From NCBI GenBank assembly GCA_007125585.1, contig SLCY01000067.1, positions 8,638 to 72,637 on the forward strand: a stretch of 64,000 nt of DNA. Reading direction: 5' to 3'. Of the stretch, positions 29,029 to 37,930 are shown piece after piece (the stretch's first letter is position 1; every line of letters starts with the position of its first letter). The stretch comes from Bacteroidales bacterium (GTDB lineage Bacteria > Bacteroidota > Bacteroidia > Bacteroidales > UBA7960). Made by a program: the position numbers and the translations under genes. Below the pieces are notes generated by a model, which worked only from the letters and a program-made list of their open reading frames with translations, did not search any database and had not been told where the DNA came from.

Positions 29029-29868
29029 ATGAACGCCGCAGGCATAAATCAACAGCAGAAGCATCCTTTAACACCAAAACCTGTAACCTGCATGGGAAGG
29101 TATAAAAAAGAGGTGATCTCTCCAGACTTCCAGGTGTGTAAACCACAGATTGATTATGCCATCGGCCATTTCAACCGGCTGGGCCACAAGGTGGGCAAAG
29201 GCAAAAGAAACATGGTGAAACATATTGTTGTGGATGACATGCACCTGAATGTCAAATCTTTTAAGGTGCCCAATATTATTAATAAACTGGTTTACAGATA
29301 CTTTAGAAAATCAAAAGCACAACGGTCCTACGAGTATGCCCGTTATTTGTTGCAAAGGGATATCGGCACCCCGCCACCGGTGGCCTATATGGAAGAAAGA
29401 AGCTTTTTTTCCCTTGGGAGAAGTTATTACATAAGCATCCACCTGAAAGAGGACCTTACTTTCAGGACATTGATCGATGACCCCGGGCTTCAGGACAGGG
29501 AGTTAATTCTTCGGCAATTCATGCATTTTACCCACCGCCTGCACGAAAACAACATCCTTTTTCTGGATCATTCACCGGGCAATACCCTGATCGTGAAAAG
29601 AGATGACGGGGATTATGATTTCTATCTTGTAGACCTGAACAGGATGAAGCTTCATTGCAGGATGGATGCCGAAAAACGCATAAAAAACCTTGCCCGTTTG
29701 TCGGCCACGGATGACATGATAGAGATTATGAGCGATGAATATGCCCGGATCACAGGCCTTGAGCAAGCGTGGGTGTATGACAGGATAAGAGATTATACCC
29801 GCGAAAACCTTCAACGGCGTGCACGTCAAAAAAAGATCAATAAAAATTTGGGCAAATACAGGCAATGA
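29029..29868 (+). CDS. Lipopolysaccharide (Kdo/WaaP) kinase-family protein
   Basis: The motif HENNILFLDHSPGNTLIVKRDDGDYDFYLVDLNRM matches the catalytic and activation-loop pattern of this kinase family. An alternative start is ATG 29092 (MGRYKKE). Confidence 0.6.
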   Translation: MNAAGINQQQKHPLTPKPVTCMGRYKKEVISPDFQVCKPQIDYAIGHFNRLGHKVGKGKRNMVKHIVVDDMHLNVKSFKVPNIINKLVYRYFRKSKAQRSYEYARYLLQRDIGTPPPVAYMEERSFFSLGRSYYISIHLKEDLTFRTLIDDPGLQDRELILRQFMHFTHRLHENNILFLDHSPGNTLIVKRDDGDYDFYLVDLNRMKLHCRMDAEKRIKNLARLSATDDMIEIMSDEYARITGLEQAWVYDRIRDYTRENLQRRARQKKINKNLGKYRQ

Positions 29869-29872
29869 CCCA

Positions 29873-30442
29873 TCAGTCTTTTTCTTTCCCTTCGTCCTCC
29901 CCCTTATCGTCTTCCTTGCCTTCTTCCTCTTCCTCCTCGTCCTCTTTCTCTTCGTCCTCTTCCTCCTCGTCCTCTTTCTCTTCGTCCTCTTTCTCTTCGT
30001 CCTCTTTCTCTTCGTCCTCTTTCTCCTCGTCCTCTTTCTCCTCGTCGCCCTCTTTCTTTTCTTCCCCTTTGTCTTCAACGGCTTCTTCCAATTTCTTGTC
30101 CAGATCCTCGAAAGAGATATCAGTGCCCCCTTTCACTGGCTTTTCAGAACCTTCCGCCGGGCCGGGTTTGATGATCTCACCCTGGAGCTCGTCAATGGCT
30201 CTGAAAACTTCTTCAAGGGCATCTTTGAACTTTTCAAAGTCTTCCCTGTAAAGGAAAAGCTTGTGCTTCTCGTAAAAGAACTTCCCTGTCTGCTGGTTAA
30301 ACCGCCTCTTACTCTCTGTTATGGTAAGATACAATTCGTTGGAACGCGTGGATTTTACATCAAAAAAGTAGGTTCGTTTCCCTGCCCTTACAGCTTTTGA
30401 ATAAATATCGTCCCTGGGAACATTGGTGCCAAATTCTTCCAT
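29873..30442 (-). CDS. PUR-alpha-like nucleic-acid-binding protein (DUF3276 type) with a long acidic repeat tail
   Basis: The N-terminal ~100 aa reads IYSKAVRAGKRTYFFDVKSTRSNELYLTITESKRRF...KHKLFLYREDFEKF, as in the bacterial PUR-like family. The C-terminal ~70 aa is (EEKED)n. Confidence 0.7.
   Translation of the reverse strand: MEEFGTNVPRDDIYSKAVRAGKRTYFFDVKSTRSNELYLTITESKRRFNQQTGKFFYEKHKLFLYREDFEKFKDALEEVFRAIDELQGEIIKPGPAEGSEKPVKGGTDISFEDLDKKLEEAVEDKGEEKKEGDEEKEDEEKEDEEKEDEEKEDEEKEDEEEEDEEKEDEEEEEEGKEDDKGEDEGKEKD
29939..30043. repeat. Seven head-to-tail copies of a 15-bp unit (GTCCTCTTTCTCTTC and close variants) inside the PUR-like gene
   Basis: The units start at 29939, 29954, 29969, 29984, 29999, 30014 and 30029. 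Each encodes EEKED (or EEEED) on the minus strand. A degenerate copy follows, extending to about 30058. Confidence 0.9.
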
Positions 30443-30565
30443 ATGATAATCCTCCTGGTTTCTTTCTTTTCAAAATATTTTTGGCAAAAATTAAAAGAAC
30501 TATAGGCCAGATTGTTTCCGGCAACTAATTTACTTAATGCTGTCAAATATAGAAAAAAAATCACT

Positions 30566-30573
30566 TACTTTTG
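30566..30573 (+). promoter_or_regulatory. Candidate -7 box for nusB
   Basis: TACTTTTG lies about 70 nt upstream of ATG 30645. Confidence 0.4.
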
Positions 30574-30644
30574 CATTGTTTTTTGCGGGTGTCCTTTTGA
30601 ATCGGTAATTGCCCTGTTATTTTGTCCGGATTTTAAAAAATATT

Positions 30645-31601
30645 ATGCTCAACAGACGACATCTTCGTGTAAAGGTTTTGCAAAGCCTTTATGCTTTTTT
30701 TCAATCACACAACCAGGATCTGGCTTCCGGTGTGAAGGAGCTTTTGCATGGGATTGAGAAGATCTTTGACCTCTACCTGCACCAGCTGATGTTTCTGGCA
30801 GAGCTTGTATCGCAGGAAGAGCGGATGATCGAAGACAGCATGGCCAAACAACTTCCTGCATATGAGGATCTGCATCCCAACCGTCGGTTCCTGGAAAACA
30901 AATGTTTGCGGATGATCGCCGATGATAAGCCATTGCATAAACAGGCTGCAAGCAGGGGGATTCACTGGCATGAAGACCGGGAACTGGTGCGCAGGTTGTT
31001 ACAGCAGATCAGATTACAGCGGTATTACCGGGAGTATATGGAGGGTGAGGCCACCACCGGCCTGGAAGAAGACACACGCTTTGTGTTGAAGATGATCAAA
31101 AAAGACATGCTCCCTTATGAGGGCCTTCATTCTTTTTATGAAGAGAAGAGTATCTACTGGATCGATGACTGGGAACTGGTGAATATGATGATGATCAGGA
31201 CACTGAGAAACTCGGAGGATGCTGGAGGCCGCCTCCAGCTGATGCAGCTGTACAAAGATCCCTCTGACAAAACGTTTGCCACCGACCTGTTCAAAATAAC
31301 ACTGCTTAACCATGCCGATTTTAACGGGATCATATCGGCAAAAACAAAAAACTGGGATGTTGAACGCATTGCGTTGATGGACATGATCATCATGGAGATG
31401 GCACTGACAGAGATCCTCAAACTGCCTGAAATACCTGTAAAAGTGAGCCTGAACGAGTACATCGAGCTGTCGAAGATGTACAGCACGCCCAAAAGCAAAG
31501 TCTTTGTAAATGGTGTATTGGATAAACTCGTGGAGGAATTTGTAAAAGAGAAAAAAATCAATGGCCATACATCAAGGTTGCATGGTGGCGCTTCGGAATG
31601 A
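30645..31601 (+). CDS. nusB: Transcription antitermination factor NusB (long Bacteroidota form)
   Basis: The start is taken at the internal ATG (MLNRRHLRVKVLQSLYAF). The C-terminal NusB fold reads WDVERIALMDMIIMEMALTEI...EYIELSKMYSTPKSKVFVNGVLDK. Confidence 0.8.
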   Translation: MLNRRHLRVKVLQSLYAFFQSHNQDLASGVKELLHGIEKIFDLYLHQLMFLAELVSQEERMIEDSMAKQLPAYEDLHPNRRFLENKCLRMIADDKPLHKQAASRGIHWHEDRELVRRLLQQIRLQRYYREYMEGEATTGLEEDTRFVLKMIKKDMLPYEGLHSFYEEKSIYWIDDWELVNMMMIRTLRNSEDAGGRLQLMQLYKDPSDKTFATDLFKITLLNHADFNGIISAKTKNWDVERIALMDMIIMEMALTEILKLPEIPVKVSLNEYIELSKMYSTPKSKVFVNGVLDKLVEEFVKEKKINGHTSRLHGGASE

Positions 31602-31606
31602 TTTAT

Positions 31607-31614
31607 TAACTTTG
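31607..31614 (+). promoter_or_regulatory. Candidate -7 box for yajC-ybbR-coaE
   Basis: TAACTTTG lies 41 nt upstream of ATG 31655. Confidence 0.4.
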
Positions 31615-31654
31615 CTCATTGATAATTGCATTTTTTTAACCAAAGAGTGATCCA

Positions 31655-31981
31655 ATGAATTTGCTGTATGTTTTTTTGATGGCACCCGCTGACAACGGTG
31701 GAAGCGGCCTGGGTGCGTTCCTTCCCCTGATCCTTATCATCCTTGTTTTCTATCTGTTTTTCATCCGTCCGCAGATGCGTAAGCAGAAGCAGTTGCGCAA
31801 GTACCGTGAAAGCCTTAAAAAGGGGGATAAGATCATTACTGTAGGTGGCATTCATGGAAAGATCGTTGAAGAGCAGGAGAGGACATTTACCATTGAGGTG
31901 GAAGGTGGCAACAGGTTGCGTGTGGAAAAATCTGCCATTGCAATGGACGGTGCATCAGAACAGCTTGGAGACCGGCGCTAA
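31655..31981 (+). CDS. yajC: Preprotein translocase subunit YajC
   Basis: It reads FYLFFIRPQMRKQKQLRKYRESLKKGDKIITVGGIHGKI. The product is 108 aa. Confidence 0.85.
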   Translation: MNLLYVFLMAPADNGGSGLGAFLPLILIILVFYLFFIRPQMRKQKQLRKYRESLKKGDKIITVGGIHGKIVEEQERTFTIEVEGGNRLRVEKSAIAMDGASEQLGDRR

Positions 31982-32989
31982 ATGAACATCAGGATTTTAC
32001 GGCGAATAAAGGATGTGTTGACACCTACGGAGGCAGCAAGCAAACGGAAGGTGTATATCTTTATTATCTGCCTGGTTTGCAGCGCCCTCTTTTGGTTGTT
32101 CACAAAACTTTCCCAGGATAACCAGGCAACCTTCACCAAAACGGTGGCTTTCCATAACTTCCCGGACGACAAGCTCAGCATGTCCCAGAGCGACAGCCTG
32201 GTTTCTTTTACATTGGAGTCTGCAGGGCTCAAACTGATCATGGCCCGTTTCTTTTTGCCCAAAGAGTTAATGCGGCTTGACGCAGATGATCTGCCTGTAT
32301 TGAGCCGAAATGATGCCAGGTATCACTATGTTACCGGATCCATGCTTGCCGGAGATCTGGAAAAAACCCTCGAAGGCCGGGCCCGTGTGATTGACATATA
32401 TCCGGATACCATCTATCTTGAGATGGTCCCTGCCCTACGAAAACGCCTGCCTGTGATCCTGGATGCCGACATCTCTTTTGAAAGGCGCTTTGACCAATAC
32501 GGACCCATCACCATCGAACCTGACAGCATCACTGCAACAGGGCCAAAACCCCTGCTGGATACCCTTTCGTCGCTCCGTACGGAGCACTGGGATGCCCGCA
32601 ATCTGAGAAAAAATACCCATAGAACGTTAAAAGTAAAGCATCCTGCCGGATTCCCATTCCTGGAAATGGAAAAAGAAGAGGTAACCATCAATGTTCCCGT
32701 CGAAGAATTTACCGAGGCCACCAAAGAACTGAAAATCGACATGGTATGTCCGGATCACCTATCCCCCCTCGATGTGCGGCTTTTCCCTAACAGTGTGACA
32801 GTAAACTACCTGGTTGCGCTCAGGGATTATCAGGCTGTAAGTGAGCAAATGTTCCACGCCACCGTTAGCTGCCCGCAGGCCATTGACGATGACGATGGCA
32901 GTTTGCCGGTGACATTGGAAAATTACCCTTCTTTTGTGGATGTCTTGTATTACAGGCCACAGTTTGTGGAATACATTATCCTGGAGTGA
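31982..32989 (+). CDS. YbbR-like domain-containing protein (CdaR-like)
   Basis: It has an N-terminal TM segment followed by repeated beta-rich modules. It sits directly after yajC (stop and start codons are adjacent), as in many Bacteroidota. I base the call on architecture and context. Confidence 0.5.
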   Translation: MNIRILRRIKDVLTPTEAASKRKVYIFIICLVCSALFWLFTKLSQDNQATFTKTVAFHNFPDDKLSMSQSDSLVSFTLESAGLKLIMARFFLPKELMRLDADDLPVLSRNDARYHYVTGSMLAGDLEKTLEGRARVIDIYPDTIYLEMVPALRKRLPVILDADISFERRFDQYGPITIEPDSITATGPKPLLDTLSSLRTEHWDARNLRKNTHRTLKVKHPAGFPFLEMEKEEVTINVPVEEFTEATKELKIDMVCPDHLSPLDVRLFPNSVTVNYLVALRDYQAVSEQMFHATVSCPQAIDDDDGSLPVTLENYPSFVDVLYYRPQFVEYIILE

Positions 32990-33039
32990 CCACCCAGTAA
33001 AGGGGAGTGTGTTTTAAGAATCCTTTATCCTTTTCGTAC

Positions 33040-33654
33040 ATGCTGTTTGTGGGACTTACCGGCAATATTGGCAGTGGCAAAACCACAGTGGGCCGTCTTT
33101 TCAGGCAGCTTGGGGTACCGGTATACCGGGCCGACGAAAGGGGCCGGTATTTCCTGACACAAAAGGAGATCATAGCAAAGGTCGTGGCAGGTTTTGGAAG
33201 TGACATCCTTGACCGCAATGGGCATATTGACCGAAAGAAGCTGGCTGCCATCGTTTTTGATGATGAAAAGAAACTGCATCAGTTGAATGAACTGATACAT
33301 CCCGTGGTCAGGGAAGATTTCCGCGTATGGGCAGCCAAACAAGAATCTGCGTTGTATGTTATCAAAGAGTCGGCCATCCTTTTTGAGACAGGGCAGTCAG
33401 GCAGCTTCGACCGGATCATTGTGGTGGCGGCCCCCGAAGATCTTCGCATCCAAAGGGTTTGTAAGCGCGATGGGGTCAGCCGCGAAGCAATACTGAAAAG
33501 AGCCAGGCACCAGGACGATGAAAGGTTCAAGATAGAACAGGCAGATTTCGTGGTCACAAATGATGGTCGCAAGGCGTTGATCCCGCAGGTGCTGAAAATT
33601 CATGAAACAATGACGCAAATCGCCGGATGTGGCAGAAATCGGTCCGGAAGATAA
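33040..33654 (+). CDS. coaE: Dephospho-CoA kinase
   Basis: The start is taken at the internal ATG (MLFVGLTGNIGSGKTTV), which carries the P-loop. It also reads IHPVVREDF and VVAAPEDLRIQRVCKRDG. Confidence 0.85.
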   Translation: MLFVGLTGNIGSGKTTVGRLFRQLGVPVYRADERGRYFLTQKEIIAKVVAGFGSDILDRNGHIDRKKLAAIVFDDEKKLHQLNELIHPVVREDFRVWAAKQESALYVIKESAILFETGQSGSFDRIIVVAAPEDLRIQRVCKRDGVSREAILKRARHQDDERFKIEQADFVVTNDGRKALIPQVLKIHETMTQIAGCGRNRSGR

Positions 33655-33713
33655 AATAAGGATGCGTTGTTTTTCGTTTTGGTTACCATATCATTGAAAT
33701 AACATTTTTTGTC

Positions 33714-34787
33714 TTGTTGAAAAAAATTGCTTTTCTTTTTTTTCTTTGCCTGCTCTTTACGGGTGAGGCGGTTACGGGCCAACGTCAGAGCGGTCGTGTC
33801 TATGAGTTTCTTAGCCTGCCGCAAACAGCGAGGATAACAGCTGCCGGAGGCTATGGTTTCCCCACCTTTGAGCCGGACCTGGGGATGGCGCTGATGATCC
33901 CCTCACTGTTAAGCCAGGATCATAACAACCACCTGTCGCTTAACTTTGTTGATTATTTTGACGACATCCATTATGGCACTGTTGCCTTCAACCATTATTT
34001 CGAAAACCTGGGCCATTTTAGCGTTTCGGTCCAGTACATCGACTACGGACGTTTTGTAGAGGCTAACGAGGTGGGACAGGTCATCGGGCAATTCACTGCA
34101 GGGGAATACAGTTTTCAGCTGGGGTGGGGAAGAATGCTGAACGAGCAGTTCTCCATCGGCAGCAACCTGAAGCTGATCCACTCCTCGTTTTACGATGTTG
34201 CCTCTTTTGGTTTGGCCACCGACGTTTCGTTGACATATCATAACCAGGAACGCCTGATAGCGGCTTCGCTGCTGGCCAGAAACATTGGCCGGCAGATAAC
34301 TTACTACCACGACGGCAACCGTGAGCCACTCCCATTCGACCTGGTGTTGGGAGTAACCAAAAAGCTGGCCAATGCACCGTTCCAGTTCTCTTTGGTGGCC
34401 AACAACATGCATAATTATGACCTGACCTATGACTCTCCCTTATTGTTGCCTGACCATTTTGACGGTGACGGGAATGATCAGAACTTTCAGGACAGAGCAG
34501 GCAATATTGCAGACAACATCATGCGCCATGTGGTACTTGGTGCTGAGTTTACACCATTGGAAAGCTTTAGCCTCCGCGCAGGATATAATTATCGACGCAG
34601 GCAGGAGATGAAGGTGGATACGCGCCTGTCGACCGTTGGTTTTTCCTGGGGCTTTGGCCTTCATGTATCGCGTTTCCAAATAAACTACGGACGGTCAGAT
34701 TATCACCTTGCGGGTGCTCCCAATCATATCTCTATCAGTACCAGCCTCCAGGAATTATTTCGCCGGCCTGCAAACAACAACCAATAA
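33714..34787 (+). CDS. porQ: Type IX secretion system PorQ-like outer-membrane protein
   Basis: It has a TTG start and a signal peptide. The N-terminal region VYEFLSLPQTARITAAGG is typical of the PorQ/PorP-SprF superfamily, and the rest is beta-barrel-like. The family assignment is from memory. Confidence 0.5.
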   Translation: MLKKIAFLFFLCLLFTGEAVTGQRQSGRVYEFLSLPQTARITAAGGYGFPTFEPDLGMALMIPSLLSQDHNNHLSLNFVDYFDDIHYGTVAFNHYFENLGHFSVSVQYIDYGRFVEANEVGQVIGQFTAGEYSFQLGWGRMLNEQFSIGSNLKLIHSSFYDVASFGLATDVSLTYHNQERLIAASLLARNIGRQITYYHDGNREPLPFDLVLGVTKKLANAPFQFSLVANNMHNYDLTYDSPLLLPDHFDGDGNDQNFQDRAGNIADNIMRHVVLGAEFTPLESFSLRAGYNYRRRQEMKVDTRLSTVGFSWGFGLHVSRFQINYGRSDYHLAGAPNHISISTSLQELFRRPANNNQ

Positions 34788-34924
34788 TATAACGCTTGTT
34801 GATATTGAAAGGTTCCAGGGTGTCTGCGGAATGTTTTTGTTCCTGTTGGTATACCATTGTTTTGCCCCTGATGATCCATTCAGCCGGTGCCTGCTGATCC
34901 CTAAGGGCCAGACCCGAATCCCGG

Positions 34925-35575
34925 TTATTCAGCTGCGGTTTTTTCGACCAGCATAACACCATCACGAAATGGCAGCAACAAGTTCCGTACGCCGGGGTGT
35001 GCCTGTATGGATTCATTGAAGCGTACGATGCCCATCGCTTCCTCATCCTGCCCCTCGACAGGGCCTAACACTTTCCCGCTCCACAAAACATTGTCGGCCA
35101 CCAGAATACCCCCTTGTCGCAGCCGCGGGTAGACCATCTCAAAATAGCGCACATAATTGACCTTGTCGGCGTCGAGAAACACCAGGTCAAAGCGTTCCCG
35201 GAGGGTGGGCAGAATGTCCAAGGCTTCGCCAACATGCTGGACGATCTGTTTGTCAAATCCGGCCTGAACAATATGTTCCCTGGCAAAGCCTTCCAGCTCC
35301 GGGTTGCGGTCAATGGTGTGTAAAATGCCGTCCTGACTCAATCCTTCGGCCAGGCAGATGGCCGAGTAACCCGTATAGGTACCGACTTCCAGGATGCGGC
35401 TGGGGCGGAGCATCCGGCTGATGAAAGATAGCAGCCTGCCCTGAAGATGGCCGGAAAGCATCCTTGGATTCAACACCTTGGCATGCGTCTCGCGGTTGAG
35501 TGTCTTTAAAGCCTCAGATTCTGATGTGCTGAACCGTGAGGCATAAGCTTCGATGTTTTTTGGCAGGAAATCCAT
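34925..35575 (-). CDS. Class I SAM-dependent O-methyltransferase (caffeoyl-CoA OMT/YrrM-like)
   Basis: It reads ILEVGTYTGYSAICLAEGL, then TIDRNPE, then FDLVFLDADKVNY. Confidence 0.75.
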   Translation of the reverse strand: MDFLPKNIEAYASRFSTSESEALKTLNRETHAKVLNPRMLSGHLQGRLLSFISRMLRPSRILEVGTYTGYSAICLAEGLSQDGILHTIDRNPELEGFAREHIVQAGFDKQIVQHVGEALDILPTLRERFDLVFLDADKVNYVRYFEMVYPRLRQGGILVADNVLWSGKVLGPVEGQDEEAMGIVRFNESIQAHPGVRNLLLPFRDGVMLVEKTAAE

Positions 35576-35580
35576 ATCGT

Positions 35581-36807
35581 CTATGACGGTTTATAGGTCA
35601 GGAAGCTCATCTTGATGGGGTCAAATATTTCATTGGCAACCTCCAGAAGCTCCGGAGCCGTCACCGACCCGATGTGCTGGTTAATCTCTGCAAGTGTTTC
35701 CGGATTGTCGAAATGAAGAATTCTTTTCCCGATGAAGAGCATTTCATTGAGGTTGGACTCATGGGCAATGTTTACCTGGCCACACAGTTGATTCCTGGCG
35801 CGCTGGAGCTGCAGGGAGCCCAGCTTGTGATTGCGCAACCTTGACAGCTCCTTGCTGATCAGGGAAATGGTCTTGTCAACATAGCCCGGGTCAGTGCCAA
35901 AATAGACAGACACGATCCCGGAATCGGAATATGGCTGATACATGCTTTCAATATGGTAACAGAAACCATGTTTTTCCCTTACCGACATGTTCAGCCTTGA
36001 CGTAAGACCCGGCCCGCCAAGGATGTTGTTGAGCAAGGACAGTGCCGTTTTTCGTTCGTGTGAAAGATCGTAGGCCTGGTTGCCGGTAATACAATGCGCC
36101 TGGTGGTTCTGTTGATGTACCATCTTTTGCCGGGGCAGATAATGGGTGGGGGGTTGCCTGTTCTGCTGCCTCGTGCCAGTGGGAAAATCCCCGAAATACC
36201 TTTCCGCCAATCGTATAAGCTTAGGGAAATCAATGCGGCCTATCGAACAGATGACCAGCTCATGCGCGACATGGTTTTTCTCGATGAACGTTTTGATCTT
36301 TTGCCGGTCAAATGTTTTCAAATGCTTTGGGGTTCCCAAAATATTTCTGCCCAGCGGATGACCGTCAAAGATAATCTCGTCAAAGTCGTCCAGGATCTGC
36401 TCTGCCGGGCTGTCTTTGTAAGCGTTGATCTCATCGATGATGATCTCTTTTTCTTTAATCAACTCCTTGTCGGGAAAAGAGGAATGAAATGAAATGTCGG
36501 CCACGATGTCAAACCAGCGTTCGTAGTAGGGATGCATGAAAGAGCCGTAAATGCAGGTCTCTTCCTTTGAAGTGTAGGCATTGATCTCGCCCCCGACATT
36601 CTCCATATGGCTGAGAATGTGGAAAGACTTTCTTTTGCGGGTGCCTTTAAATATGACGTGTTCAATAAAGTGTGCCAGGCCTTGCTCTTCGGGCTTTTCA
36701 TCGCGTGAGCCAGCATTTATGATCAGGCCGCAATGGGCCACGGGAGAAACAGTAGGACGGTGTATCAGGCGAATGCCGTTAGAAAGCCTGTGACGATGGT
36801 ACATCAT
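35581..36807 (-). CDS. M16 (pitrilysin/insulinase) family zinc peptidase
   Basis: It has the inverted zinc motif HFIEH (GLAHFIEHVIFKGT). The product is 408 aa. Confidence 0.8.
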   Translation of the reverse strand: MMYHRHRLSNGIRLIHRPTVSPVAHCGLIINAGSRDEKPEEQGLAHFIEHVIFKGTRKRKSFHILSHMENVGGEINAYTSKEETCIYGSFMHPYYERWFDIVADISFHSSFPDKELIKEKEIIIDEINAYKDSPAEQILDDFDEIIFDGHPLGRNILGTPKHLKTFDRQKIKTFIEKNHVAHELVICSIGRIDFPKLIRLAERYFGDFPTGTRQQNRQPPTHYLPRQKMVHQQNHQAHCITGNQAYDLSHERKTALSLLNNILGGPGLTSRLNMSVREKHGFCYHIESMYQPYSDSGIVSVYFGTDPGYVDKTISLISKELSRLRNHKLGSLQLQRARNQLCGQVNIAHESNLNEMLFIGKRILHFDNPETLAEINQHIGSVTAPELLEVANEIFDPIKMSFLTYKPS

Positions 36808-37370
36808 TATTTTCTTAAGGGAAACTTCATGGGGTATTTCACAGAAACAGATCCCCTGGAAATGTTGGTCAGCTTTTTTTTAAGCAGGGTCTTTTTTAAT
36901 GGGGAAAAATGATCTGCCATCAATATCCCTTCTATGTGATCGTATTCATGTTGAATGATCCTCGCAACAATCCCTGTATAGTTTTCCTCATAAGTGGTAA
37001 ATGCTTCATCCTGGTAGCGGAGTTGTATGTTGGGCAGCCTTTCAATATCTTCCCTTAATTCCGGAAAGCTCAAACAGCCCTCATTGAAAAACCAGGCTTT
37101 TCCTGATTCTTCAAGGATCTCCGGATTGATAAAGACCTTTTTAAAGCCTTCCAGCCCGGGCTCTTCTTCTGCGAAGGGGGTGGCATCAATGATAAAAAGC
37201 CGGATGCCTTGGCCAACCTGGGGGGCCGCCAAGCCTACTCCCTGGGCCTTATACATGGTTTCCCACATATCTTCGATGAGCCTGTGAAGGCCCGGATAAT
37301 CTTTGTCAACAGGCCTGGCCCGTGCTTTCAGCAAAGGATCACCGTAGGCAAGAATGGGTAAAACACTCAT
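36807..37370 (-). CDS. def: Peptide deformylase
   Basis: It has GVGLAAPQVG, EGCLSFP and HEYDHIEG. Its stop shares 1 nt with the M16 start (TAATG). Confidence 0.9.
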   Translation of the reverse strand: MSVLPILAYGDPLLKARARPVDKDYPGLHRLIEDMWETMYKAQGVGLAAPQVGQGIRLFIIDATPFAEEEPGLEGFKKVFINPEILEESGKAWFFNEGCLSFPELREDIERLPNIQLRYQDEAFTTYEENYTGIVARIIQHEYDHIEGILMADHFSPLKKTLLKKKLTNISRGSVSVKYPMKFPLRK

Positions 37371-37795
37371 GATCTTCTTTTGTTGGAACGTTGCTCAAGA
37401 TAATACTGCAAAATGATGGTGGCACTGATGGTGTCCACAAGTGCTTTGTTTTGCCTGGCTTTCTTCTTCAGGCCGGCATCAGTCATCGTTTGCAGAGCCA
37501 TCTGTGATGTAAAGCGTTCATCTATCCTTTCAACAGGAATGTGGGGAAATTGTTTACGCAGGTGCTTCACAAAAGGGTCTATATACCTGGAAGCATCTGA
37601 GGCACGGTTCTGCATGTCGAAAGGTTCTCCAACCACAATGCATTCAACATCTTCCCTGGTGAAGTAATCTTTTAAAAATGAGATCACATCTTTTGAATGG
37701 ACAGTGCCCAGTCCGCCGGCGATCATTTGCAACTCGTCGGTGACCGCCAGTCCCACTCTCTTCCTTCCATAGTCGATGGCCAATATCCTTCCCAT
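37367..37795 (-). CDS. ruvX: Holliday junction resolvase-like protein RuvX (YqgF)
   Basis: It reads MGRILAIDYGRKRVGLAVTD. The product is 142 aa. It overlaps def by 4 nt (ATGA). Confidence 0.85.
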   Translation of the reverse strand: MGRILAIDYGRKRVGLAVTDELQMIAGGLGTVHSKDVISFLKDYFTREDVECIVVGEPFDMQNRASDASRYIDPFVKHLRKQFPHIPVERIDERFTSQMALQTMTDAGLKKKARQNKALVDTISATIILQYYLEQRSNKRRS

Positions 37796-37809
37796 CAGGG
37801 CTTTTTCTG

Positions 37810-37817
37810 CAAAGATA
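37810..37817 (-). promoter_or_regulatory. Candidate -7 box for the ruvX-def-M16-OMT operon
   Basis: The plus strand reads caaagata, which is TATCTTTG on the minus strand, 15 nt upstream of ATG 37795. This implies a very short leader. Confidence 0.4.
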
Positions 37818-37872
37818 CAGAATCATCATCAGAAATAACGGGAGCAGCTTGTATATGGGAGAAAAATAGTCC

Positions 37873-37880
37873 TATATTTG
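37873..37880 (+). promoter_or_regulatory. Candidate -7 box for dapD
   Basis: TATATTTG is divergent from the ruvX box and lies 24-51 nt upstream of the two candidate ATGs. Confidence 0.45.
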
Positions 37881-37930
37881 CGTTGCGGTTGACTGTTGGA
37901 AACATGAACGACGAGATTCTGAGCATTCAC

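Noticed and set aside
29572-30400. Lys/Arg-rich ORF (29572-30078, -), Ser-rich ORF (29865-30251, +) and Leu/Phe-rich ORF (29819-30400, +).
   Set aside because: All are alternative-frame readings of the 15-bp tandem repeat and its flanks. The frame encoding the PUR-like domain plus the acidic tail is the only one with a recognisable folded domain.
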